The position numbers were made by a program, and so were the translations under genes. The notes below the pieces were generated by a model that saw only the letters and a program-made list of their open reading frames with translations, ran no database searches and was not told the DNA's origin. DNA of 64,000 nucleotides from an uncultured Clostridia bacterium. Its GTDB lineage: Bacteria; Bacillota; Clostridia; Christensenellales; Borkfalkiaceae. Shown one piece after another: positions 7,945-17,072 of this stretch (positions are counted from its first letter, which is position 1; the number at the start of each line of letters is the position of its first letter). The DNA lies in the NCBI GenBank assembly GCA_934249265.1, contig CAKQKQ010000001.1, positions 15,614-79,613 of the forward strand. The letters are read 5' to 3'.

Positions 7945-10281
7945 CTAAACCCAAAGTGTAATTTTGCCGTTTACGTAATGCCAATAGTTTTTGCCGTCTG
8001 CGGGCACGTCTGATGCGTTTTCAATATAAAAGTAAACGGTTGTGCCTTCGGAAAGCGTAAAACCGTCTGGGGTATTGTTTTTCCATTCGCTTTCTGTGCC
8101 GGCAAAATAAATCGATTCAAGTTGTAAGTTTTTACAATCAAATATTTTATTTACGCTCGACGCCAAAGAAACGGGCAATACCATTTTTTTCAAGTTTTCG
8201 CAAAGGGAAAAACAACCTGATCCGATTGTCGTCAAAGTCGACGGCAGTTTAATTTCCGTTAAAGAAGTGCACCACATAAACGCATTGTCTTCTATTTCGA
8301 GTAACCCTTCGGGTAAAACGACGTCGGTTAAATTAATGCAATAATAAAACAAATTCTGAGGAAGTTTTGTAATTCCCGCCGCAAACGTGACGGTTTTTAA
8401 AGATTCGCAATAACAGAAGACGGCTTTTCCGAGCGTTACGCCGCCCGGTATGGCAATTTCGGTAATCGATTTACACGAATTAAACGCGTTATCGTTAATT
8501 TTTTCAAGAGACGACGGCAACTGTACCGTTGTCAGATTTATACAGTCTTTAAATGCTCTTTCTTTTATTTCTTTTATCCCTTCGTGCAGTTCGACGGATT
8601 TTAATGAGCCGCAATTTAAGAAGGTGTATTCGGTTACGTTGCCGCCTAAAATTGACGCCGTTTCCAATGCCGCACAATCTTTAAAACATTTTTTTCCCAC
8701 AAGTGCGCCGTCGGGAATAACTATGTTTTTTAAAGAGGAGCATTCGCTGAATGCGGTTTCATATATTTTTACTCCGTCCGACAATTTGACGTTTGTCAGA
8801 TTAGAACAGTTTCCGAATGCGTTTTTATCGATGATTACACCTTCGGGTATTTCTATATCTTTTAAACTGTCGCAACGAGAAAAAGAGGAATTGCCGATTT
8901 TTTTCATGGTGGACGGCAATTTTACTTCTGTTAAGTTTGTGCAGCAATAAAATGCTTGTTCGGCGATTTCGGTATATCCTTCCGGAATAACAATGCTTTT
9001 AAGTCCGCACATATAAAATCCGCTGATTATTTCAAGAGATAAAGGCAGGTCTATGCTTGTCAGTGCAGAGCACCCATTGAAAGCCGTGTTGTGTATTGTT
9101 GTCAAACCCTCGGGCAATGTTACGTTTTTTAATGCCGTGCAATTGTAAAATGATCGAGAAGTAATATTTTTAAGGTCTCCCGGCAAAATTACGGTTTCAA
9201 GCGTGTCGCATTCGGCAAATACGCATGTGCCCAAAGTTACGTGCTCGGGTATTGTAATGTAAACGAGTTTTGTTCCTTTAAACGCTCCGCCGGCAATATG
9301 TTGAATATTATAAGGAACGTTTACCATGCCGCCGTTAGGGCAACCGTTGTATCCGCAAACAAACTTATCGTTTACTACAACAAGTCCGTCGGGTTGAGCC
9401 GCAAGCCAGGCGGTGCCGTATACGACGTTATTGCCGAATGATTCAATTTTTTCGGGCCACTGTATTTCCGAAAGGGAAGTACAGCCATAAAACAAATATC
9501 CCTCGATTTGAGTAATTCCGTCCGGAATGGAGATTTTTTCTAAAGATTCACAATTGTAAAAAACAGAGGCGCCTATTGACCGGAGTTGTTTTGGTAAGTT
9601 TACTTTTTTTAGGGCATTGTTGAATTTAAAAGCACTGTTTCCGATTTTTTTAACTCCATCCGGTATATTAATTTCGGTAAGTTTTTTAAAGGAGACAAAT
9701 GCGCTGGATCCAATTTCTTCAAGAGTTTCCGGGAATTGTATACCGGTCGTTTTATCGTTAATGGCGGGACCGAAAAGGGTAATAATCGAAAATCCTTCTT
9801 CGGCTATTTTTTTTACGGGGAGTCCCCTATAGTAATCGGGGATTATTATTTTGCCCGTAAGGTCAGCCGTTCCTTTAGATACTTCATATCCGCTTTCGTC
9901 TTCAAGCAACGTATATTTAAGGTTTGGCGTGGGGATAGCCGGCGGCTCGGGTTCGTCTATATCTATAGTGTAAGTATATTTTGTCGTTTCAGAATTGCAA
10001 AAACGTTTGCCGTCGCCTGTGGCAGATACGTTTATTTCATAAGAGCCTTCTTCGGTTATAAATGAAACGTTGAATCGATTTTTGTTTATTTTGTATTCCG
10101 CATCGTTAAAATATACTATATATCCCGTGGCGTTTTCAACCGCATCCCAGATAAGTTCGTCATTTTCTATATGTAAGTTGCTTGGCGCAGGCAATTGTTG
10201 CGGTTTCTCTTTCGAGCATGCCGCAAGCACGCACCCCGCCGCTACAACCAATAACAAAACGTATAGTTTTAAATTTTTCAT
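7945..10281 (-). CDS. BspA-type leucine-rich-repeat surface lipoprotein
   Basis: Lipobox VLAAC. More than 20 repeats of about 23 aa of the form IP-x-GV-x-x-IG-x-x-AF-x-x-C-x-x-L. Confidence 0.85.
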   Translation of the reverse strand: MKNLKLYVLLLVVAAGCVLAACSKEKPQQLPAPSNLHIENDELIWDAVENATGYIVYFNDAEYKINKNRFNVSFITEEGSYEINVSATGDGKRFCNSETTKYTYTIDIDEPEPPAIPTPNLKYTLLEDESGYEVSKGTADLTGKIIIPDYYRGLPVKKIAEEGFSIITLFGPAINDKTTGIQFPETLEEIGSSAFVSFKKLTEINIPDGVKKIGNSAFKFNNALKKVNLPKQLRSIGASVFYNCESLEKISIPDGITQIEGYLFYGCTSLSEIQWPEKIESFGNNVVYGTAWLAAQPDGLVVVNDKFVCGYNGCPNGGMVNVPYNIQHIAGGAFKGTKLVYITIPEHVTLGTCVFAECDTLETVILPGDLKNITSRSFYNCTALKNVTLPEGLTTIHNTAFNGCSALTSIDLPLSLEIISGFYMCGLKSIVIPEGYTEIAEQAFYCCTNLTEVKLPSTMKKIGNSSFSRCDSLKDIEIPEGVIIDKNAFGNCSNLTNVKLSDGVKIYETAFSECSSLKNIVIPDGALVGKKCFKDCAALETASILGGNVTEYTFLNCGSLKSVELHEGIKEIKERAFKDCINLTTVQLPSSLEKINDNAFNSCKSITEIAIPGGVTLGKAVFCYCESLKTVTFAAGITKLPQNLFYYCINLTDVVLPEGLLEIEDNAFMWCTSLTEIKLPSTLTTIGSGCFSLCENLKKMVLPVSLASSVNKIFDCKNLQLESIYFAGTESEWKNNTPDGFTLSEGTTVYFYIENASDVPADGKNYWHYVNGKITLWV

Positions 10282-10305
10282 AATTATATTAATCCTTTTA
10301 AATTT

Positions 10306-11676
10306 TTAACCTAAAAGGAAGTCTAAATAGTCTAAAAACATTTCGTTTAATACTTCCTTATCGTATTCGGTACAGTCGGCATCTTCCTGACAGTTTTCGC
10401 TGTTAATTTCTTGCAATTGATCTTCTAATATAATTTCAAGTCCGCCGGGTGCCGTAATGAGTGGGTCGACAACCCAAATATATGGTTTTTCCGATACTGA
10501 CGGATAATCATTTGGAAAATCGTTTACTTCTGTCTGAATGGAAGAAAGAAGAGAGTAAAACTCGCTCTTTAATTGCCAAATTCCCATCGAATAAACAGAA
10601 CGACCATTGGGGTCAAATTCGTCAAAAACGTCCGAACACGTTGAAAAATTATATAAATTTGCGCTTAAATTATTTGTTAAATCGCCGAGTATATCGACGT
10701 AAAGCGTGCCACCTACGTGTGCAAGAATATTGATGTTTCTGCCGTTTAATTCGTTGACGATGTCGTTATAATACAAACCTATTTTATTTTTGCGCCCTGA
10801 GGTAAAGGTTGAATTTGTGTCGAGTTGGAAGTTGTTTATGTATTCGTATCCGTTGGTGTAAAGATCTTTCCAGAAATCGATATAATCCGAAATCTTTGTG
10901 CTGTCGTGAAAATAGTTGTAATCAGAGCGATTATCACTACCTAAAATATCTTGAGATAAATCCCATATCCCTTCATACATATCTTTTTCAAAATCTTTTT
11001 CTGCAGCGGTGTTGCAATTGTAAAACATGTAAAGCAACAATCTGCGCAACGTTGACGACGCTGCGCAAAGTTCTGCAATATTGTATGATTCAGGCACTCC
11101 GTCTATTCCTATAAATCTTCCGTCAATCAATATCGTGGTATTTTCAAGTATACCGTTTGCACTTAGCATTGTTTTTATGGTATTTTTAAGAAATCTGCTG
11201 TATTTATCCATATCGCAAGGCATAGATGCGTCTGCAAAAGATAAATCGCCGAATTCGGGTTGATAAGGAGATATAAACATTACTTTACACCCTTGTAATT
11301 TTAGACATTCAAACAAATTTTCCAAAACCACAGGGTCGGGTTTAATCGTTTTTATCTCTATAATTACTATATTCATATTATATTGATTAAATCCCCAAAA
11401 ATATCCGGAATAAAGCATATATGTAAGTTCTTGAGGGGTCAACAAGTATTGAATATCATACGTGACGTTTAATCCGATATAAGAATCGAAAATTTCGCCG
11501 AAAGCAGGAGCGGAATCGCTGAAATAATAAATATTGGTCATGGGTGTGTTTGTCTTTGTGTAATCCGCAGAAAGTGCGTTTACTTTTTTCGTTGCTCCGC
11601 CGGCAGAACCAAAGCCTGTTAAAACAACCATAACAGTTGCGATAATAACAATTAAAAAGTTTTTTGTTGTTTTCAT
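10306..11676 (-). CDS. secreted or membrane-anchored protein of unknown function
   Basis: AGGAGG RBS and an N-terminal hydrophobic segment. Lies 25 nt upstream of the LRR lipoprotein gene, so probably co-transcribed. Confidence 0.75.
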   Translation of the reverse strand: MKTTKNFLIVIIATVMVVLTGFGSAGGATKKVNALSADYTKTNTPMTNIYYFSDSAPAFGEIFDSYIGLNVTYDIQYLLTPQELTYMLYSGYFWGFNQYNMNIVIIEIKTIKPDPVVLENLFECLKLQGCKVMFISPYQPEFGDLSFADASMPCDMDKYSRFLKNTIKTMLSANGILENTTILIDGRFIGIDGVPESYNIAELCAASSTLRRLLLYMFYNCNTAAEKDFEKDMYEGIWDLSQDILGSDNRSDYNYFHDSTKISDYIDFWKDLYTNGYEYINNFQLDTNSTFTSGRKNKIGLYYNDIVNELNGRNINILAHVGGTLYVDILGDLTNNLSANLYNFSTCSDVFDEFDPNGRSVYSMGIWQLKSEFYSLLSSIQTEVNDFPNDYPSVSEKPYIWVVDPLITAPGGLEIILEDQLQEINSENCQEDADCTEYDKEVLNEMFLDYLDFLLG

Positions 11677-11977
11677 AAAAATCCTCCTGAGTTTATTAAA
11701 TTATTAATTAATTGTATAATTGTACTGTTACAACACTATAATAACATACCTTTCTTGAAAAATGCACCATTTTAACAAAATTTTCACAATTTATTTAAAC
11801 ATATTTGTTTTTTAACTTTGTTTTTGCTTTATATGCATGGCGGTTTTAAATCGGATTAAATCCATAAAAAGAAACGATAAAAAGATTTATGTTTTACGTT
11901 TTTAACTGATATGCTTGAAATATCGAGGAAAATGAGTTAATATTTATTTAGTGATTTTAGTTTGCGGCTTTGCTGTT

Positions 11978-12024
11978 TTTACTCGATACGTATGCGGTAA
12001 AAACGGCAATACTTACAAAAAAAT
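11978..12024 (+). repeat. dyad-motif repeat, copy a
   Basis: TTTACTCGATACGTATGCGGTAAAAACGGCAATACTTACAAAAAAATA. Same family as 15080-15142 and 16062-16124. Confidence 0.8.
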
Positions 12025-12440
12025 AACGCAAGATTTATAAATACGGCTAAAAATAAGGGCGTTTTATTTTTGTGGTTAAAAATTTAAAAGCGTTTTTGCG
12101 CTCGCTATTTTTCGCGCTTTCGTTTTTTTGCGTTCACTCATTAACTCGTGTTTTTGTGTGTTCGCTTTTTTTGTTTTTACATTCACTCATTTATCTGTGT
12201 TTATTATTTTATGTCCGCATACTTACTCGTGTTTTATTTTTCACTATTTTATTTTTACTCGCAATTTTAATAAAAGGCAAATCGCACTTCCAAGGTTTTT
12301 GTTTGTTTTTTATTGTTATAAATCGATTAATCACAATTTAAAAAGGGGGCGGCAAATTTTAATTTGCTATTGCAAAAGTGAGTAAACGGTGTTATAATAA
12401 AAAATAATTAAGGGTTAAACGGAAATTAATTCGTTTAGCG

Positions 12441-12704
12441 TACGTATTACCAATCCCATTAGAACAATTTTTGCGCCGTCAAGTCGATTTGTACCGCGTT
12501 AAACGACTTTCAAGTACGTATAGTACGTGTTCAGTCGTTTGCCTTGTTCAAACAAGCCGCAGCCATATGCAAAACAAGACCGACTTGTATATTTTGCGGT
12601 CGATTTTACGGCGTAAAAACACTACGTGCCGCAAGAATATACTTTAAAACGATAAAACTGTGCCGTATTTGCGGTTTGTTCTACCAAGGTTTGAAATACG
12701 TAAG
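12441..12704 (+). repeat. copy B of the 250-bp intergenic repeat
   Basis: Aligns with 5017-5268 and ends at the RBS of the following LRR gene. Confidence 0.85.
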
Positions 12705-12715
12705 GGAGGGAAAAT

Positions 12716-14653
12716 ATGAAATCGGGTGATTTATTAAACAGTCAATCAAACGAAAACAACCGAGAGCAAAACGATAATCAAGCAACCGAAGAAATGCAAA
12801 CCGCCGAAAAGAGAGAAAAGTCGAGCGAAACAAAAAGCGATTACATAAAAAAAGAAAATTGCTTTGTTTCTAAAGACGCCAAAGAAAAGCAGCCGCCCAC
12901 GCAAACGCAACGCAAAAGAAAAAAATTGACAATAATAATCGCGTGCATTGCGGTCGTTTTAATCGTGGCGATTACGACGATTTCGGTTTATGACGCAAGG
13001 CACATAAGCAAAGCGGAGTATTGCGGGCGTAAAGATTTAATATCGTTCACTATTCCCGACGGGGTGAAATACATAAGCGAAAGTGCGTTTGAAAACTGCA
13101 CAAACCTCACAAACGTAAAAATTCCAGACAGCGTTGAAAAAATCGGCGCGGGTGCGTTTAGGCATTGTACGAATCTCAGAACGATTAAAATTCCTAATAG
13201 TGTGAAAATTATAGATGAGTATGCTTTTGCCGGGTGTTATAATCTCAAAAAATTGACCATACCCGACAGCGTAACCTATATAGGGGATTCTGCATTTGCG
13301 GGTTGTCGCAGTCTTACTACGGTAAAAATAGGTAAAGGACTTAAAGAAATCGGCGAAGACGCGTTTGAATATTGCTCGAATATAAAAAGTATTTATTATG
13401 CAGATATGGAAACGCTGTGTAATATAAAGGGGTTAAATAGTTTAAACGATGCAGATGATAGGCGGATATATATTAGCGGAAATCTTTTTACCGACTTTAT
13501 TTTTGTCGGAAACATAGAAAACGTACCCGATAATGCTTTTTACCATTGCGAAAATATTATATCGTTTACAATGCGCGGTGGCAAAAAAATCGGCGAAAGG
13601 GCTTTTAAGAATTGTAATTCGCTCGAACGGGTAACTATAGAAAACGTTGAATGTATAGGCAAAAGCGCGTTTGAGTTTTGCAGAAATATCACTTCGTTGA
13701 CTATAGGCGAAGGCGTGAAAAGCATTGAAGACTACGCCTTTAGCGAGTGTAACAAACTCGAAGAAGTCGTTATTCCCGAAAGCGTGCAAGAAATAGGGTC
13801 GATGGCGTTTTACGGCTGTGGCAACCTTAAAAAGATAACGATAAAAAACAGTAAAATAAAAATAAATAAAGACGCGTTCGGGAACTGTAAAATAGAAACC
13901 GCCGACGTGCCCGCGGAAGTTATAGAAAGCGTAGAAAACCCGACGTTGCAAATTTTAAATATAATCGGCGGAGAGGTCATTCCCGACAACGCGCTTTACG
14001 GAAGTAAATCAATTACAAAAGTCACCATTTCAAGCAGTGTGAAAAATATAGGGAAATACGTTTTTATGTATTGCGATAATCTCGACACGATTACGGTAGA
14101 TAAAGACAACCCGATTTATTACGCAAAAGGCAATTGCGTTATAGAAAAAGCGACTCAAAAATTGATTTTCGGTTGCCAAGCGAGCGTTATTCCCGCCGAG
14201 GTAAAGTCGATCGGCGATTACGCTTTTTGCGGTTCGGTTGGGCTTACGCAAATAACCCTTCCCGAGGGGCTTGAAAGTATAGGCGAATATGCTTTTTCCG
14301 AGTGTAGAAACTTAAAGAGTTTTACAATTCCGTCAAGTGTGAAAAATATCGGCGATTATGCGTTTAATCGGTGTTTTAAATTGAGTAGTGTTACTCTGCC
14401 CGACGGAATCGAAGAGGTAAGCGAAGGCTTGTTTTACAGTTGTAGCGTGCTTTACGAGGTGTATATTCCGCAGAGCGTAACATCGATAGGCGACAATGCG
14501 TTTAAGTTCTGCGAAACATTGAAGAGCGTCGAATTTAAAGGCACTGCCGAAGAGTGGGACGCAATAACGAAAGGCAACAATTGGAATTTTAAGGTTTCCT
14601 CTAATTTCAAAGTCAATTGTTCGGGTGTTAGTTCGGGCGATGAAAACGCATAA
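12716..14653 (+). CDS. BspA-type leucine-rich-repeat protein with N-terminal TM anchor
   Basis: RBS GGGAGGG. Charged N-terminal region, then TM LTIIIACIAVVLIVAITTISVY, then about 20 LRR units (IPDSV-x-x-IG-x-x-AF-x-x-C). Confidence 0.85.
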   Translation: MKSGDLLNSQSNENNREQNDNQATEEMQTAEKREKSSETKSDYIKKENCFVSKDAKEKQPPTQTQRKRKKLTIIIACIAVVLIVAITTISVYDARHISKAEYCGRKDLISFTIPDGVKYISESAFENCTNLTNVKIPDSVEKIGAGAFRHCTNLRTIKIPNSVKIIDEYAFAGCYNLKKLTIPDSVTYIGDSAFAGCRSLTTVKIGKGLKEIGEDAFEYCSNIKSIYYADMETLCNIKGLNSLNDADDRRIYISGNLFTDFIFVGNIENVPDNAFYHCENIISFTMRGGKKIGERAFKNCNSLERVTIENVECIGKSAFEFCRNITSLTIGEGVKSIEDYAFSECNKLEEVVIPESVQEIGSMAFYGCGNLKKITIKNSKIKINKDAFGNCKIETADVPAEVIESVENPTLQILNIIGGEVIPDNALYGSKSITKVTISSSVKNIGKYVFMYCDNLDTITVDKDNPIYYAKGNCVIEKATQKLIFGCQASVIPAEVKSIGDYAFCGSVGLTQITLPEGLESIGEYAFSECRNLKSFTIPSSVKNIGDYAFNRCFKLSSVTLPDGIEEVSEGLFYSCSVLYEVYIPQSVTSIGDNAFKFCETLKSVEFKGTAEEWDAITKGNNWNFKVSSNFKVNCSGVSSGDENA

Positions 14654-14674
14654 AAGGAAACAATGCTAAAAAAA

Positions 14675-14714
14675 ACAAAACGGCTGCAATTTACCGCGGC
14701 CGTTTTGTTTTTTT
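14675..14714 (+). terminator. bidirectional terminator after the LRR gene
   Basis: ACAAAACGGC/GCCGTTTTGT stem followed by a T-run. Confidence 0.75.
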
Positions 14715-15079
14715 GTATACATAATGTCTGTTTAATGTCTTTTTAATGCGCGTTAATGTCCGAGCCGAAATTGAGTATGTTTTAAAATTTTAAACAAATT
14801 CGCTTGTTATATCGGCTTAAATGTTGTATAGTTTAAAATATAAGAAATTGTAAACTTGCTTGCAAGGGTTTACAATTTCGCATTTTTCAAACAAAGAAGA
14901 GTAAAGTATCAACATTGCGAGCGCGTTAGCGCAAAATTTTGAGATTATTTCAAGATTTACTTCTTATAGTTTATCGTGTCGATTTAAGTTTGCGCGGCGA
15001 TGAAAATTTCGGCTAAAACAAAAAGTTAGCCTTAAATTTTTTATTCTTGATTAAATTACAAAATTAAAGTTTTGCCGTC

Positions 15080-15142
15080 TTTACTCGATACGTATGCGGT
15101 AAAAACGTCAAAAACGGCAAAATTTACAAAAAATATTAAAAT
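15080..15142 (+). repeat. 63-nt direct repeat, left flank of the TIR-like cassette
   Basis: 60/63 identical to 16062-16124. Contains the dyad TTTACTCGATACGTATGCGGTAAA. Confidence 0.9.
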
Positions 15143-15183
15143 TTCAATACAAATAAAACATGCAAACAAAAGAAGAGGGAAAT

Positions 15184-16053
15184 ATGAAAATTTTTATTAT
15201 ACATAAAGGAAAAGATGCCGAAGAGATAAACGAATTGTTGGAAAAGAAGAAAAAAGAGATTTTCGGACTTAATTTTCTTGTTTTGCAAAGCAATTCTAAA
15301 AGTTGGAAGAGGAAAACCAAAAATCTAATTTCTAAATCCGACAAAGTAATATATTTTAGCGGCGATGAGTATAGCGAAAATATCGCATGGGAGATAAACA
15401 CCGTCAAAAAATTAAAAATCCCGCTTTACATAGTGCCGCTTAAAGAGGAGTTCAAAAATAAAGAGTTTTTGTTTAGTGATGACGACGGGTACGGCAAAAA
15501 ACCAAAAGCGACGATATTAAACATAAATGATTTAGATACGGTCTTTATCGAGGATAACGAAAATTTAAAAAAGAAACTTTTTACTTCCGAAATAAAAGAT
15601 AGTAAACTTCTTTTCGAGCAGTATAAATTGCTGCTTGAAACCTCGGAAAGCCTTGTTGAAAGAAGGCAAAAAATCACTTCGACGTATCTTTCGATTTGTA
15701 GTGTTTTAATACCGATAATTACCACCATGCTTACCGTAAGTAATTCGTTGATTAATTTATCTTCGATAGTAATTTCGTGCCTATCGATAATTTTATGTAT
15801 TTGTTGGAAAAACATAATCGTTTCTTACGGTCGCTCAAATCAAGCGAAGTTTGCGATAATGGAACTTATGGAAAACGAGTTGCCCGCAAATATTTTCGGG
15901 TCAGAATGGATAGCGTTGAAGAAAATAGGAAAACAATACGTATCTTTTACAGAGAGAGAAACTTCCACTCCGAAAATTTTTATTATTCTTGACCTTGTTT
16001 TTATTGTTGGGGCAATTATAATATTTGTGTTAAAGCAGTCGGGGTTGTATTAA
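15184..16053 (+). CDS. TIR-like (ThsB/DUF1863-type) domain fused to a C-terminal multi-TM module (289 aa)
   Basis: RBS AGAGGGA before the second ATG. KIFIIHKG strand and SENIAWEINTVKKLKIPLYIVPL signature. C-terminal half has the LFEQYKLLLETSESLVERRQ helix plus three hydrophobic segments. Very AT-rich. Confidence 0.7.
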   Translation: MKIFIIHKGKDAEEINELLEKKKKEIFGLNFLVLQSNSKSWKRKTKNLISKSDKVIYFSGDEYSENIAWEINTVKKLKIPLYIVPLKEEFKNKEFLFSDDDGYGKKPKATILNINDLDTVFIEDNENLKKKLFTSEIKDSKLLFEQYKLLLETSESLVERRQKITSTYLSICSVLIPIITTMLTVSNSLINLSSIVISCLSIILCICWKNIIVSYGRSNQAKFAIMELMENELPANIFGSEWIALKKIGKQYVSFTERETSTPKIFIILDLVFIVGAIIIFVLKQSGLY

Positions 16054-16061
16054 AGGCGTTT

Positions 16062-16124
16062 TTTACTCGACACGTATGCGGTAAAAACGTCAAAAACGGC
16101 AAAATTTATAAAAAATATAAAAAT
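16062..16124 (+). repeat. 63-nt direct repeat, right flank of the TIR-like cassette
   Basis: Partner of 15080-15142. Ends 15 nt before the rbsK start. Confidence 0.9.
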
Positions 16125-16139
16125 CAAAAAGAGAACAAT

Positions 16140-17012
16140 ATGAAAAAAGTAATTGTAGTGGGGAGTATCAATACCGACTTGGTGATAAACACCCCTTATA
16201 TGCCCAAGGCAGGCGAAACGCTCACGGGCGGCGGGTTTTTTACTGCGCACGGCGGTAAAGGAGCAAATCAAGCGGTTGCTTGCGCGCGTCTCGGCGGAAA
16301 AGTTTTAATGTGCGGTTGCGTTGGAAACGACGAGTTTGGCAAATCGGCTATAAAAAGTTTGACAAACGACGGCATTGACGTAAGCCATATAAAAATTGTA
16401 GACGGCGCGCCCACGGGTACAGCCGTGATAATCGTCGAAAACGGAGACAACCGCATAATTTTAGACAAGGGCGCAAACGCGCACTTAATAAAAGAAGATA
16501 TCGATTACGCGCTTGAAAACGCCGAAACGGGGGATATATATCTCACCCAACTTGAAAACCCAATTGAGGTTATAGGTTACGGACTTAAAAAAGCGAAAGA
16601 AAAAGGTTTGTTCGTCATTTTAAATCCCGCACCGGCGAATAAAGAAATAGTGCCTTATTTGCAATATTGCGATTTGATTACTCCCAACGAAACAGAGACC
16701 GAAATTTTAGGCGGAAGAGAGTTTTTGCTTTCAAAAACGCAAAATTTGTTGGTTACGCTCGGCGGCAAAGGTTTTGATATAATAAATAAAAACGGGGAAA
16801 AACATTACGACTGCATTAAGATAAAACCCGTCGATACGACCTCCGCGGGCGATACTTTGTGCGGCGGTTTGGCGGCAATGCTTTCGCTTGGAAACGGCTT
16901 GGAAAGCAGCGCGATATTCGGCAGTAAGGCAGCGAGCATCGCTTGCACTAAAAAGGGTGCGCAACCCTCTATTCCCACGTTTGAGCAAGTAAAAGAATTT
17001 AAAGCGCAATAA
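16140..17012 (+). CDS. rbsK: ribokinase
   Basis: VVGSINTDL, GGKGANQAVA and C-terminal DTTSAGDTLCG motifs of the PfkB/ribokinase family. Confidence 0.88.
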   Translation: MKKVIVVGSINTDLVINTPYMPKAGETLTGGGFFTAHGGKGANQAVACARLGGKVLMCGCVGNDEFGKSAIKSLTNDGIDVSHIKIVDGAPTGTAVIIVENGDNRIILDKGANAHLIKEDIDYALENAETGDIYLTQLENPIEVIGYGLKKAKEKGLFVILNPAPANKEIVPYLQYCDLITPNETETEILGGREFLLSKTQNLLVTLGGKGFDIINKNGEKHYDCIKIKPVDTTSAGDTLCGGLAAMLSLGNGLESSAIFGSKAASIACTKKGAQPSIPTFEQVKEFKAQ

Positions 17013-17072
17013 ATTAAAGACTTGCTTTCGGGCGTTTTTAATTTGCAATGCGGCAATAATAAAAGGTGAAAA

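Noticed and set aside
8450-8950. 166-aa plus-strand ORF and similar ORFs at 9736-10065
   Set aside because: They are antisense to the LRR lipoprotein gene. They are a by-product of the repetitive codon pattern.
12072-12385. 89-aa and 85-aa plus-strand ORFs rich in Phe/Leu/Cys
   Set aside because: They translate a T-rich degenerate repeat tract. They have no RBS, they overlap each other in two frames, and the composition is not protein-like.
11978-16124. Integron-like cassette array, since three same-orientation repeats separate single genes
   Set aside because: No integrase gene is present, no GTTRRRY-type core sites occur at the repeat ends, and the repeats lie upstream of genes and match a dyad motif also found at unrelated loci.
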